A stretch of 63,605 nt of DNA, the filler included, from Candidatus Eiseniibacteriota bacterium (GTDB lineage Bacteria > Orphanbacterota > Orphanbacteria > Orphanbacterales > Orphanbacteraceae): NCBI GenBank assembly GCA_043809585.1. It is 6 parts of 6 records of this genome, joined end to end, with 100 filler letters (N's around TTAATTAATTAA, not from the genome) between each part and the next. Parts side by side here need not be neighbours in the genome. Positions count along the whole stretch, not along the records: positions 1 to 9,282 come from JBDROZ010000024.1; positions 9,383 to 17,700 come from JBDROZ010000028.1; positions 17,801 to 29,378 come from JBDROZ010000029.1; 3 more parts are not named here. One strand, 5' to 3'. Both the position numbers and the translations under genes were made by a program. Numbering within the stretch: the first letter of the stretch is position 1; each line of letters opens with the position of its first letter. The notes beneath the pieces are model-generated. The model did no database searches. It was not told the origin of the DNA and saw only the letters and a program-made list of their open reading frames with translations. Below, piece by piece: positions 8,585-17,972 of this stretch.

Positions 8585-9145
8585 ATGATGCGTCGATTCG
8601 CGTGGATGCCGGTCCTCCTCCTCGCGGCCATGGGACTCTTCGGGTGCGGCGGCGGTGGTTCGGAAGAGGGGGCGGAGAAGGCGGCGGAGACCGTGGCGGA
8701 GACCGTGGAAAACGCCCCCCAGAAGTCGGAGGCGCCGAAAACGATGACGGCGGACGAGATGAAGACCGCTCTGGCCGAGAAACTGCAGATCGATCTGAGC
8801 GACATGGTCGAGCATGAGAGCGGTTTGAAGTGGATCGTCCGCGAGGAGGGGACCGGCGCGGTTCCCCAGAAAGGCCAGAGGATCAAGGCCCACTACACCG
8901 GTTATCTCCTGAACGGAACCAAGTTCGATTCGAGCGTCGATCGGGGCGCGCCCTTCGAGACACCCATCGGAGTGGGCCGGGTCATCCAGGGGTGGGACAT
9001 CGCCTTCACGAACATGAAGGTCGGCGAGAAGCGCGTCCTCTTCATCCCTCCCAGTCTCGCCTACGGCGCTCAAGGCGCCGGCAACGTCATCCCGCCCAAC
9101 GCGGAGCTGGTCTTCGACGTTTCGCTGATCGACATCATGCACTAG
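8585..9145 (+). CDS. FKBP-type peptidyl-prolyl isomerase, lipoprotein
   Basis: Lipobox LFGC; HYTGYLLNGTKFDSSVDRG, VIQGWD, IPPSLAYG, IPPNAELVFDV. AAGGAG RBS. Confidence 0.95.
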   Translation: MMRRFAWMPVLLLAAMGLFGCGGGGSEEGAEKAAETVAETVENAPQKSEAPKTMTADEMKTALAEKLQIDLSDMVEHESGLKWIVREEGTGAVPQKGQRIKAHYTGYLLNGTKFDSSVDRGAPFETPIGVGRVIQGWDIAFTNMKVGEKRVLFIPPSLAYGAQGAGNVIPPNAELVFDVSLIDIMH

Positions 9146-9282
9146 CCTGGATTATGCATGAATCTCCGTCACGAGGGCTCGGATCGCCTGACGAGAAGCC
9201 GACTTGGACGAGCCGCCACCGGAGGCAGGGACCCGTCGGGCAGTTGGGCTTATCGCGCCCATCGAAGCGATAAGCCCTAGTG
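9143..9282 (+). mobile_element. MITE family A, long variant, left part; its TAG is the FKBP stop codon
   Basis: Begins C-TA-GCCTGGATTATGCATGAATCTCC. Reverse complement at 9383-9520; first part shared with 17801 and 29479. Confidence 0.8.
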
Positions 9283-9382
9283 NNNNNNNNNNNNNNNNNN
9301 NNNNNNNNNNNNNNNNNNNNNNNNNNTTAATTAATTAANNNNNNNNNNNNNNNNNNNNNNNNNNNNNNNNNNNNNNNNNNNN
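9283..9382. other. Artificial contig linker (also 17701-17800, 29379-29478, 39451-39550, 61483-61582)
   Basis: N-run, TTAATTAATTAA (stops in all six frames), N-run; identical 100-nt format five times. Confidence 0.98.
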
Positions 9383-9520
9383 CTAGGGCTTATCGCTTCG
9401 ATGGGCGCGATAAGCCCAACTGCCCGACGGGTCCCTGCCTCCGGTGGCGGCTCGTCCAAGTCGGCTTCTCGTCAGGCGATCCGAGCCCTCGTGACGGAGA
9501 TTCATGCATAATCCAGGCTA
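9383..9520 (-). mobile_element. MITE family A, long variant, inverted copy
   Basis: Reverse complement of 9143-9280; ends ...CCAGGC-TA-G. Confidence 0.8.
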
Positions 9521-9762
9521 GGAGAGACCTCGCTTCTCCCGGCCCGGCACCCCCCGCCCGCTCCCCACGGGTGTCCCGTCGAGGCAGCTCGCTCCTAACT
9601 TGTTCGAAATCAAGCGGTTCAAGGACGTGTCCCGGGGACGACCGGGAGCCCGGAATCCGCACTGGAAATGGACACGTAACTTGTGGTAAAATCATGCGTT
9701 AGAGTACTCGGTCACCACCCTGAAATCGTCCATGGCCCGACGCCCCCCCTGGAGGAATCTCG

Positions 9763-12267
9763 ATGAACCGGTTTTCGGCGGCCCTTTTATTTCTCGTTTT
9801 CGTGGCGACCGCGGTGTTCGCGGCGGCTTCGGAGCGCTCCCTCGTGGTGGTGACCGATCCCGCTCCGGATCTCACCGCCCGCCTCGTCGATCGCGGCGTG
9901 ATGGTGGTTCGCGATCTGGACGAGGTGCTCCTCGTCGCGGCGTCGCCGGAAGACCGGGTTCGCCTCGAGGAAGAGAACGCGGCGTGGCTCGAGATCGAAC
10001 CGTCGGTGGAGGGGAAGAACTTCTACTCCGTGGCGGTTCACGGGCACGGCGCAGGCTCGTTCGAGGAGGCGGCGTCGGACGTGCGCGTGCTCTGGCGGCG
10101 GGGCGCGATCGCCGTCGTCGAGGGGCCGGCGGAGGGGGCGGAGCGTCTCCCCATGGCCGGGTATCACATCGCCAAGGTCTTCCTGAAGACGATCCGCATG
10201 ATTCCAGAGCGGGAGACCGGTCTCGTCCGGAAGGCGGCCGTCGCCGATCCCGTCATCCAGGCCCTCGTCGATTCGGTTTCCGAGAGTTCGATCACGGGGT
10301 ACGTGCAGCGGCTTCAAGACTTCAAGACCCGCTACGCCAGGAGCGACAGCTGCCAGGCGGCGGCGAACTGGCTGAAGGCGAAATACGAGTCCTTCGGAAT
10401 CGACAGCGTCTACTTCCATCACTTCGACGGCGAGATCAAGGATAACGTGGTCGCCGTGATTCCGGGCGTGACGGACCCGAGCAAGATCGTCGTCATCGGC
10501 GGGCACTACGATTCGATCACGGGCAATCACAACAACGCGCCGGGGGCGGACGACGACGCTTCGGGCACGGCGTGCGCCCTCGAGTGCGCCCGGGTGCTGA
10601 GCAAGTACCGGTACGACTACACCTTGGTCTTCATGGCCTGGGGGGGCGAGGAGCTCGGCCTCATCGGGAGCCACGCCTACGCCGATCTCGCCGCCCAACG
10701 CGGGGAGGACATCATCGGCGTCGTGGCGGTCGACATGATCGGCTACTTGGCGCCAGGAGACGTGATCGATCTGGACATTGTGAGCAACCCCTCCTCCGCT
10801 TTCCTCCGGGACCTCGTCATGGACGTGGGCCAGGATTACGTGCCCGGGTTCTCGATCGTGGACGGCGCGATCCCGGGGGGCGCGAGCAGCGATCACGCCT
10901 CCTTCTGGGCCGCCGGCTTCCCGGCGATCCTCTTCTTCGAGGACACGGGGGAGTACAGCCCCTACATCCATAGCTCGAACGACAAGGTGGGGATCAGCTA
11001 CAACAGCGGGACCCTGGTGGTGAATTCGGTGCGGACGGCGGCCGCCCTGCTCGCGACCCTGGCCGGACCGTACCAGGTCGCCCTGGAGCACACACCCCTC
11101 GCGAACACGGCGGACACGGCGAACCCGTACCGGGTGGCCGCGGACATCGAGGCACCGGGCGGTCTCAATCCCGATTCCCTGATCGCGCGGTACGCCGTGA
11201 CGGGGGGGGGGACGGGCGAGGCGCTCCTCATGGCGACGGGCAACGGAAACGAGTACGAGGGGTTCATCCCGGCCCAGCCGGGGGGAACGACGGTCGGCTA
11301 CTGGCTCGTCGCGGAGGACGCCGACGGGGACCGGGCCGTCTCGCCTCTCGGCGCGCCGTCGGTGGTCCACTCCTTCTTCGTCGGCGAGATCGCCACGTTC
11401 CTCGCCGACGATTTCGAGAGCGAGAGCGGTTGGACCGCGGGTGCGCCGGACGACGACGCCCTGGAAGGGATCTGGGAACGGGCCGATCCGAACGGAACCT
11501 GGTACGACCAGGTTCCGGTCCAGCCGGAGGACGATCACACGGACGCGCCGGGGACATTCTGCTTCGTCACGGGGAACGCGGATCCCGGCGAGGGGCAGCG
11601 GGCGAACGAGGTGAACGGGGGGAAGACGACTCTACTCTCCCCCGTCTACGACCTGTCGGGCCTCCCGAACGCGGGGGTCCGTTACCGGCGTTGGTACTCG
11701 AACGACACGGGATTCCTCGACCCGGACGTTTGGCGGGTGGACGTCTCCTCCGACGGCGGGGAGACGTGGGTGAACCTCGAGACCGAGCCCCGGAGCGATC
11801 GCCGGTGGGTTCTCGTCGAGAGGAAGATCGACGACTATGTCCCCCTTACCTCGCAGGTGGTCTTCCGGTTCGTGGCGGAGGACTCGAACTACCCGACCGT
11901 GGTCGAAGCGGGGGTCGACGACTTCGAGATCGTCGTGTTCGAAGAGGTCGCGACGGACGTGGCGGCGGGCGCCCTCCCGGCGCCGGCCCGCGCGAGGCTC
12001 GCCCGGAACGTGCCGAACCCGTTCAACCCGGCCACGCGGATCACGTTCACCCTGCCCGAAGGGGGCGCGCGGGTGAGCCTCAGGATCTACGACGTGACGG
12101 GGCGTCTGGTCCGTACGCTGGTCGACGGCGTCCGCGAAGCGGGAGGCCATTCGGTGTCGTGGAACGGCGCCGACGATCGGGGACGGAGCGCGGCGAGCGG
12201 GGTCTACTTCTCCCGCCTGACCTGGAAGGAGCAGTCCGAGACGGAGCGCATGGTCCTTCTCCGCTAG
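9763..12267 (+). CDS. Secreted M28 aminopeptidase with extra beta domains and FlgD-Ig C-terminal domain
   Basis: IGGHYDS, PGADDDASG, GEELGLIGS, DMIGY, SDHASF, PYIHS; C-terminal NVPNPFNP...SGVYFSRL...MVLLR. Confidence 0.92.
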   Translation: MNRFSAALLFLVFVATAVFAAASERSLVVVTDPAPDLTARLVDRGVMVVRDLDEVLLVAASPEDRVRLEEENAAWLEIEPSVEGKNFYSVAVHGHGAGSFEEAASDVRVLWRRGAIAVVEGPAEGAERLPMAGYHIAKVFLKTIRMIPERETGLVRKAAVADPVIQALVDSVSESSITGYVQRLQDFKTRYARSDSCQAAANWLKAKYESFGIDSVYFHHFDGEIKDNVVAVIPGVTDPSKIVVIGGHYDSITGNHNNAPGADDDASGTACALECARVLSKYRYDYTLVFMAWGGEELGLIGSHAYADLAAQRGEDIIGVVAVDMIGYLAPGDVIDLDIVSNPSSAFLRDLVMDVGQDYVPGFSIVDGAIPGGASSDHASFWAAGFPAILFFEDTGEYSPYIHSSNDKVGISYNSGTLVVNSVRTAAALLATLAGPYQVALEHTPLANTADTANPYRVAADIEAPGGLNPDSLIARYAVTGGGTGEALLMATGNGNEYEGFIPAQPGGTTVGYWLVAEDADGDRAVSPLGAPSVVHSFFVGEIATFLADDFESESGWTAGAPDDDALEGIWERADPNGTWYDQVPVQPEDDHTDAPGTFCFVTGNADPGEGQRANEVNGGKTTLLSPVYDLSGLPNAGVRYRRWYSNDTGFLDPDVWRVDVSSDGGETWVNLETEPRSDRRWVLVERKIDDYVPLTSQVVFRFVAEDSNYPTVVEAGVDDFEIVVFEEVATDVAAGALPAPARARLARNVPNPFNPATRITFTLPEGGARVSLRIYDVTGRLVRTLVDGVREAGGHSVSWNGADDRGRSAASGVYFSRLTWKEQSETERMVLLR

Positions 12268-12302
12268 GCGGGCACGGGAAGTACACAGAAAAGTCTGTCA
12301 TG

Positions 12303-12339
12303 CCGTCCGGGGGGGGATCCTCCCCGGGCGGTTTTCATT
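12303..12339 (+). terminator. Intrinsic terminator between convergent genes
   Basis: CCGTCCGGGG...CCCCGGGCGG stem followed by TTTTCATTT. Confidence 0.6.
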
Positions 12340-14868
12340 TCAGAGGGCCCGGGTGGCTTTCGCCGACACCCGGACCGCGAGGAGGGTGAAGTCGTCTTCG
12401 AAGGTCCGGGCGCCGGTGAACTCCTCCACCTCCCGCTCGACGATCTCGAGCAGCTTGTCGAGGGGTTCCTTCCGGTGGGTCTGGGCGAGGCAGGCGATCC
12501 GCTCCTCGCCGAAGTCGTCCTCGTCCCCCCGCCGCGCTTCGCTCACCCCGTCGGTGAAGAGAAGGAGCGTATCCCCCTCGCCGAACTTCACCGTTTCCTC
12601 CCGGTACACCGAGCCGGGGAGGACGCCGAGCAGCAGCCCCCCCTCGCCCAGCCGTTCCGTGCCGCCGTCGGCGCGGGCGAGGACCGGGAAGTTGTGCCCC
12701 GCGTTGACGTAGGTCAGCTTTTTCCTCTTCGGGTCGGCCATGGCGACGAAAAAGGTGATGAAGAGGTCGCTCGGCGTGTTGTCGTAGATCAGGGCGTTCA
12801 CCCGGCGGACCACCTCGTGGAGCGAGATGCCCACGTCCTTCACGGTTCGGAGGGAGGCCTGCAGATTCGACATGAGAAGGGCGGCGCCGACCCCCTTGCC
12901 CGCCACGTCGCCGATGGCGATCAGCGTGCGCCCGTCGGGGAGGGGGAGCACGTCGTAGTAGTCCCCCGCCACGTCGAGGCAGAAGCGGATCTTCGCCGCC
13001 ATCTCGAGGCCGGGCGTCTCGGGGAGTTTCCGGGGAAGGAGACCCTCCTGGATCCGCCGCGCCACGTCGAGTTGTTCCTCGAGCTTCTGTTTTTCCAGCC
13101 TCTCCTCGAGGAGGCCCAGGTTCTCCGCCACCAGGGCGATCTGCGCCGCGAGAGACCGGAGCAGATCGAGCTCCTCGGGCGTGTAGTCCTCGTCGTTCGT
13201 CTTCTGTCCGAGGAGAAGGAAACCGACCGGGCCCGTCTGGGTCGCGAGGGGAAGAAGGACCGCGGCCCGGGTAGCCCCGAACCAGCGTCTCTGTTCCTCG
13301 TTCAGGACGACCCGGTCGCTCGCGATCAGCTCGTCGACCAGAAGCGGGCCCCCCCCCGACTCGAGACTCCCCACGAGGCTTCGGAACGACTCGTACGGAT
13401 CGTGGCCGTTCCCCTCGTCGTCCAGATCGGGCGAACCTCCCGGAAGGATCGGCCGGACCTCGCACGCCGCGAGACCCGCCGAGAGCCGCTCCGACAGCCC
13501 GCTCCAGAAAGTCCGGGCGTCCGACGTCCGCTCGGCGCTCTGGAGGAACCCGCGCAGCAACCGGCGGAGCCGGACCCGCTCCGGATAGAAACGCTCTTCG
13601 AGTAGAACGCGAACCCGTCGTTGGGCCGGCACGAATCCCATGGCGAGCATGAACCCGACCACGAGGGTCGGCGTCCGGCTCTCCACGTTGAAGTACTTCA
13701 GCAGCAACTGCCCGAAGGTGTAGAGGATCCCGAAAACGACGACCAGGAACGCTCCGTTCACGGCGACCAGCCGGGTGCCCCGCCGCACCTTCGCCTGCAC
13801 CTCGAGGAGCCGGTAGCGCCCGAAGGCGTAGGCGAAGGAGACCGGAATCAGCAGGAGGGTGAAGATGATGGCGTTGAAGAAGTAGAGCTTGGCGAGGGTC
13901 GACCACGCCTGGAACCACGGGTTCGCGAACGCGACCATCCAGGCGAGAAGGAGGTTCAGGAGAAGCCCCGGCGCCGAGCCCTGCAGCACCAGGCGGGTCT
14001 GGCGACGGGCGAGGAAGTTCTCGGACCGAAACGCCTGCCAGACGAGAAACCCGAAGGCGAGGCCGAGGAAGAGGGTCCGGTGGATCGCGTCGAAAAGGAA
14101 GATCCGGTTCTGGCCGGCCGTGACGGCCATGGCGCAGTAGAGGACGCCGGGGGTGAAGAAGAGCAGGTTCCACCGGGTCCGGTGCCGGCGGTAGAAGCCG
14201 AGGGTCTTGGGGAAGACAACTTGAAGCTTCCAGAAGAAGACGGGCCCGAAGAGGGAGAAGAGGAAGAACGCCGCCGTGATCCCCTGTTGGTAGGGGATAT
14301 CGAAGCGGGCGTAGTTTTCGGCCACCACGTTCAGGGTCTGCATCATGCCGACGGCGGTGGCGAAGCAGAAGAGGGCGAGGACCCGAACGGCCGACGACGA
14401 CGGGCGGCGCAGGAAGGCGCCGAACCCGAGGACGACCAGGGTCACCGTGATCAGCGTGCGGAGCACGAAGAGGCTCACCACCTGCACCCGGAGGGGCCCC
14501 GGAATCGACCGGGTGACCACGGTGCTCTCGTAATCCCTCCCGCCGTGCCGGAACTTCACGGGGATCACCTTGCCCGCCGGCGTGGTCGGGTTGAAAACGC
14601 TGAAGTAGTTCTCGGCGTTCGCGGGGAGCCCGTCAACTTCGAGAAGGCTGTCGCCGACGGCGGGGTAGGGGAACGCGGTGAAGTCCTCGGTGGCCACTTC
14701 GGTGAAGATCGCCGGCGCGTCGGGGGGAAGGATCAGGAAGCTCCATATGTCCCCCATGCCGACGAAGGTCTCGACCTTGGTGTAATCCCTGGCGAGATAC
14801 ACGCCCGACCAGGCGAGCACGATCACGAAGAGGGCGATGACAACGCCATTGAGGAGCTTGTCGCGCAC
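12340..14868 (-). CDS. Membrane-bound PP2C/SpoIIE (RsbU-like) phosphatase with PDZ-like, multi-TM and GAF-like regions
   Basis: VAGDYYD, IGDVAGKGVGAALLM, FITFF, NAGHN, FTDGVSEA, DDFTL; GAF-like LLGQKTNDEDYTPEELDLL. Start placed at GTG 14868. Confidence 0.9.
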   Translation of the reverse strand: MRDKLLNGVVIALFVIVLAWSGVYLARDYTKVETFVGMGDIWSFLILPPDAPAIFTEVATEDFTAFPYPAVGDSLLEVDGLPANAENYFSVFNPTTPAGKVIPVKFRHGGRDYESTVVTRSIPGPLRVQVVSLFVLRTLITVTLVVLGFGAFLRRPSSSAVRVLALFCFATAVGMMQTLNVVAENYARFDIPYQQGITAAFFLFSLFGPVFFWKLQVVFPKTLGFYRRHRTRWNLLFFTPGVLYCAMAVTAGQNRIFLFDAIHRTLFLGLAFGFLVWQAFRSENFLARRQTRLVLQGSAPGLLLNLLLAWMVAFANPWFQAWSTLAKLYFFNAIIFTLLLIPVSFAYAFGRYRLLEVQAKVRRGTRLVAVNGAFLVVVFGILYTFGQLLLKYFNVESRTPTLVVGFMLAMGFVPAQRRVRVLLEERFYPERVRLRRLLRGFLQSAERTSDARTFWSGLSERLSAGLAACEVRPILPGGSPDLDDEGNGHDPYESFRSLVGSLESGGGPLLVDELIASDRVVLNEEQRRWFGATRAAVLLPLATQTGPVGFLLLGQKTNDEDYTPEELDLLRSLAAQIALVAENLGLLEERLEKQKLEEQLDVARRIQEGLLPRKLPETPGLEMAAKIRFCLDVAGDYYDVLPLPDGRTLIAIGDVAGKGVGAALLMSNLQASLRTVKDVGISLHEVVRRVNALIYDNTPSDLFITFFVAMADPKRKKLTYVNAGHNFPVLARADGGTERLGEGGLLLGVLPGSVYREETVKFGEGDTLLLFTDGVSEARRGDEDDFGEERIACLAQTHRKEPLDKLLEIVEREVEEFTGARTFEDDFTLLAVRVSAKATRAL

Positions 14869-15018
14869 CGATCTTCCTCTCGGGCGGTGATCCAGGGGAC
14901 CCGGGTGGACTCGGGTAGTATACACGAGGGGAGGGGACCTTGTTCCCGGTCTTCACCCCAGTAGACGGACCGAAGGCCGTCCGGGTTGCGAGGAGAAATA
15001 GAAAATACAATTGACAAA

Positions 15019-15064
15019 GGGGACGGTCGCCTATTTCCACATCTGGGAATAGGTGACTGTCCCC
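15019..15064. repeat. Second REP-doublet-like inverted repeat, same family as 4715-4776
   Basis: GGGGACGGTCGCCTATT and AATAGGTGACTGTCCCC; both mismatches give G-U pairs on the plus strand. Confidence 0.75.
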
Positions 15065-15188
15065 ATCTTCCCATTGTCCGTTATCCGCTTTCCAAACGAG
15101 CAAGATCGTGGAAGCGCCGGGAAAGGAGCGGCGGATATGCTTGGACAAGTGCCCGGAGCGTCCCTCTTTGTCGGCCTATCGATGGGGA

Positions 15189-15470
15189 CTACCAGCGTTC
15201 GCGGGATCCCCCTCCGCCGCCACCTCCCTGTCGGGGCTTCGCCTCGTCGACTTTGAGGTTCCGCCCGCCCATGTCCAGACCGTTGGTGGCCTGGATCGCG
15301 GAGACGGCCTCGTTGTCCTCCATCTCCACGAAACCGAAGCCCCGGGGCTGTCCCGTGTAGCGGTCGATGACCAGGCTTGCCGAAAGAACGTTGCCGTGCT
15401 GGGCGAACAGGTCCCGCAACTGATCCTCGGTGGCGCTGAAGGGCAGGTTTCCGACGTAGATCCGTTTCAT
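15189..15470 (-). CDS. RRM RNA-binding protein with Gly-rich tail
   Basis: RNP2 IYVGNL, RNP1 RGFGFVEM; GGAGGAG RBS before ATG 15470. Confidence 0.95.
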   Translation of the reverse strand: MKRIYVGNLPFSATEDQLRDLFAQHGNVLSASLVIDRYTGQPRGFGFVEMEDNEAVSAIQATNGLDMGGRNLKVDEAKPRQGGGGGGGSRERW

Positions 15471-15854
15471 GCTTCTCACTCCTCCGGAGTCGGCGTTCGC
15501 CTCGCGGGGAACGTCAGGGTACCAACACGTCGCTCCGGTCGATGACGGAACGACACCGAGCGAGAGGAGCACGGACACCTGGTGAGGGATCGGGAATGCA
15601 TCTACGGTTGGAAGGCGTTGTGAACCTCGAACAGTAGTGCACCCATCCGGGCCGGCGCACAGGACCTCTCACGAAATCGATGATAGCAGAGATCGGGGAA
15701 TCGGGGGGAATAAACGGGATGGGGGAGGGGAACTGTCGGGGCTTGACGGCTGCGCTCTTCGCCTGACGCCCCTGCCCCGGCCACCCGCCCGTGGCGGGGA
15801 ATGATCATCAAGGCTTGCCGATCCTCTGATTCCGTTCGTCCTGGTAGCAGCCTC

Positions 15855-17243
15855 TTATCGGAACAAGGATTTCACGCCGCCCCAACTGGTTCGATGGATG
15901 GAGGTGGAGCCGCACCCCTCTCCGAATGCTCCGATCTGACCGCAGTCGTATCCGTCCGGGTGGTTTCCGGACAGGCAGGGAGAGTCGCCGCGGAGGGTGA
16001 AATCGTTCGAGGCGAGATCGCAGAACAGTGGATCGGCGGAGAAGTTGCCGTCCACTCCGTTCTGGTCGGCAAAGCACCCGGCCCAATCGCCCCCCGAGTT
16101 GCCGTACATGTCGGTGCAGAGAAACGTGGACGATCCGAGGGGATCGCAATTCACGGTTTCGCCTCCTTCGTGGAACGCGACGATGATCCGTTCGAAGACG
16201 AGGGGTGCACCATCCACCGTATAGAGGAATGAACCAGCGTCCCAGGCCGTGTTCGAGACGAAAGTGCAATCGAAGAAGTGGGCCGCGAGCCCCCCCGCGA
16301 CGACGACCCCTCCGCCGAAGCGCGCGTAATTCCCGGTGACCACGCACTCGCGAAACGTCGGTGTCGCGCCGCTGATCGCGATCCCCCCCCCGACCACCAC
16401 GGACCGGTTGTCCTGAAAGAGGCATCGCTCGAAAACCGATTCGCCGGATCCGGAGACGTACACTCCGCCGACATGCTGATACGCTTCATTCTCGATGAAC
16501 GAGCAGTCGGTGAATGTCGTATTCGAGGCGCCGTCGACCATCATCGCGCCTGTGTTCGTCCCCCGGTTTCGATAGAAGACGCATCCTTCGAGAGACCCGC
16601 CGCACTGCTGGAGATCGAGCCCCGCATTCGTCAGGGTGACCCCGTTCTCCTCGAAGCGGGTGTTCCGAATCACGGGAGAGGAGCGCAGGGCGGACATCCC
16701 CCCTCCGGACCAGGCGAAATTCTCCAGGAAGACGCAATCGATCAGCTCCGGCGAGCTGTCGAGGGCGTAAAGGCCGCCGCCGTTCCCGACGGAGGAGTTT
16801 CCTATGAAACGGACGCTTTCGAATGTCGGGGAAGACCCGGCGATGCAGAGTACGGCTCCGCCCGAGTCGGGCACGACGCCGTTCGTGATCGTCACTCCTC
16901 GGAGAAGGGTTTCCGGGCCCTCACCGGATCGGAAGACGAAGCCCCGATGCGGCGACCCCGTGCTCCCTTCACAGTCGATGACGCACGGCCCGCCTCTCTT
17001 GCTCGGCGGCCATGACTCGGCGGTGACCAGCAAGGCCTTTCCCGCGAGATCGATATCTCTGTTCCCGTTCCCGGAAAACGTGCCGTCCGCGAGCTCCACC
17101 GTATCCCCCACCGCCGCCGAGTCGATCCCCGCCTGGATCGTCGGCGCGTCGCCCGTGCCGTTCGGCTCGATGTGCCAGGTGGCCGGGAGGGCAAGGGATG
17201 CCGAGAGGAGCAGAAAGCCGAAGCCGATGAGAGGGCGAACCAT
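15855..17243 (-). CDS. Secreted right-handed parallel beta-helix repeat protein with SWGxVKxLFR tail
   Basis: Signal peptide, TIQAGIDSAAVGDTVEL, repeated FxxN...GGG units, NFSADPLFCD...SPCL, ends TSWGGVKSLFR. Start placed at ATG 17243. Confidence 0.85.
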   Translation of the reverse strand: MVRPLIGFGFLLLSASLALPATWHIEPNGTGDAPTIQAGIDSAAVGDTVELADGTFSGNGNRDIDLAGKALLVTAESWPPSKRGGPCVIDCEGSTGSPHRGFVFRSGEGPETLLRGVTITNGVVPDSGGAVLCIAGSSPTFESVRFIGNSSVGNGGGLYALDSSPELIDCVFLENFAWSGGGMSALRSSPVIRNTRFEENGVTLTNAGLDLQQCGGSLEGCVFYRNRGTNTGAMMVDGASNTTFTDCSFIENEAYQHVGGVYVSGSGESVFERCLFQDNRSVVVGGGIAISGATPTFRECVVTGNYARFGGGVVVAGGLAAHFFDCTFVSNTAWDAGSFLYTVDGAPLVFERIIVAFHEGGETVNCDPLGSSTFLCTDMYGNSGGDWAGCFADQNGVDGNFSADPLFCDLASNDFTLRGDSPCLSGNHPDGYDCGQIGAFGEGCGSTSIHRTSWGGVKSLFR

Positions 17244-17401
17244 GACATTCCCTCCATCCGGGGGTGGAATCGGGAGCCCAGCCAGGGAGAGCAAACGGAC
17301 ACTATAACAATAACATACGAAGAGCGAGGAGTAAAGGGGAAAGAGGGGGCGGGGGAGAGGAGGGAGCCCGAAGTTTCCCTTCCGGAGGGCGGCGGGACGG
17401 T

Positions 17402-17700
17402 GGTCCGGCTTCGGGAGGGATGGGGGCATAACCGGGGAGCTATCACCATCCTTCACGACGCCTCTTCTACGAGCCCGGAGAATGGGAGGGCTCCTTCCCG
17501 CCGTGCGACGAGCGTTCCAGTCTGCCCCTCTATCCCTCCCTCAGCCGGCCCCCCCGCCCCGCCCCGAGGTTCTGAGCGCGGTAAGGGCGGCGGGACGGGA
17601 GGCCGGCTTCGGGAGGGATGGGGGCATAACCGGGGAGCTATCACCATCCTTCACGACGCCTCTTCTACGAGCCCGGAGAATGGGAGGGCTCCTTCCCGCC
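17402..17700. repeat. Structured repeat family C, two tandem copies (period about 198; second truncated)
   Basis: CCGGCTTCGGGAGGGATGGGGGCATAACCGGGGAG...CCCGGAGAATGGGAGGG at 17405 and 17603. Confidence 0.9.
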
Positions 17701-17800
17701 NNNNNNNNNNNNNNNNNNNNNNNNNNNNNNNNNNNNNNNNNNNNTTAATTAATTAANNNNNNNNNNNNNNNNNNNNNNNNNNNNNNNNNNNNNNNNNNNN

Positions 17801-17972
17801 TCATGCATGAATCTCCGTCACGAGGGCTCGGATCGCCGGACGAGAAGCTGACTTGGACGAGCCGCCACCGGAGGCGTAGTCATGCACTACGTCGAGGAGG
17901 CGGCGACGGAAAGGAGGCTTCGCAGGCGGCGATCCGAGATCGCAGTAGGAGATTTGTGCATAATCCAGGCTA
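17801..17972 (+). mobile_element. MITE family A, short variant (about 181 bp reconstructed); its end is the alpha-2-macroglobulin stop
   Basis: Ends GGAGATTTGTGCATAATCCAGGC-TA-G, the imperfect inverse of the family left end. Near-identical to 29479-29650. Confidence 0.85.

Noticed and set aside
9283-9382. TTAATTAATTAA as a biological motif, and synteny across gaps
   Set aside because: Identical artificial linker at five places.
17402-17700. CRISPR array or known ribozyme/riboswitch for family C
   Set aside because: The unit is about 200 bp. I could not find hammerhead (CUGANGA/GAAA), a convincing HDV fold or a known aptamer consensus by eye.
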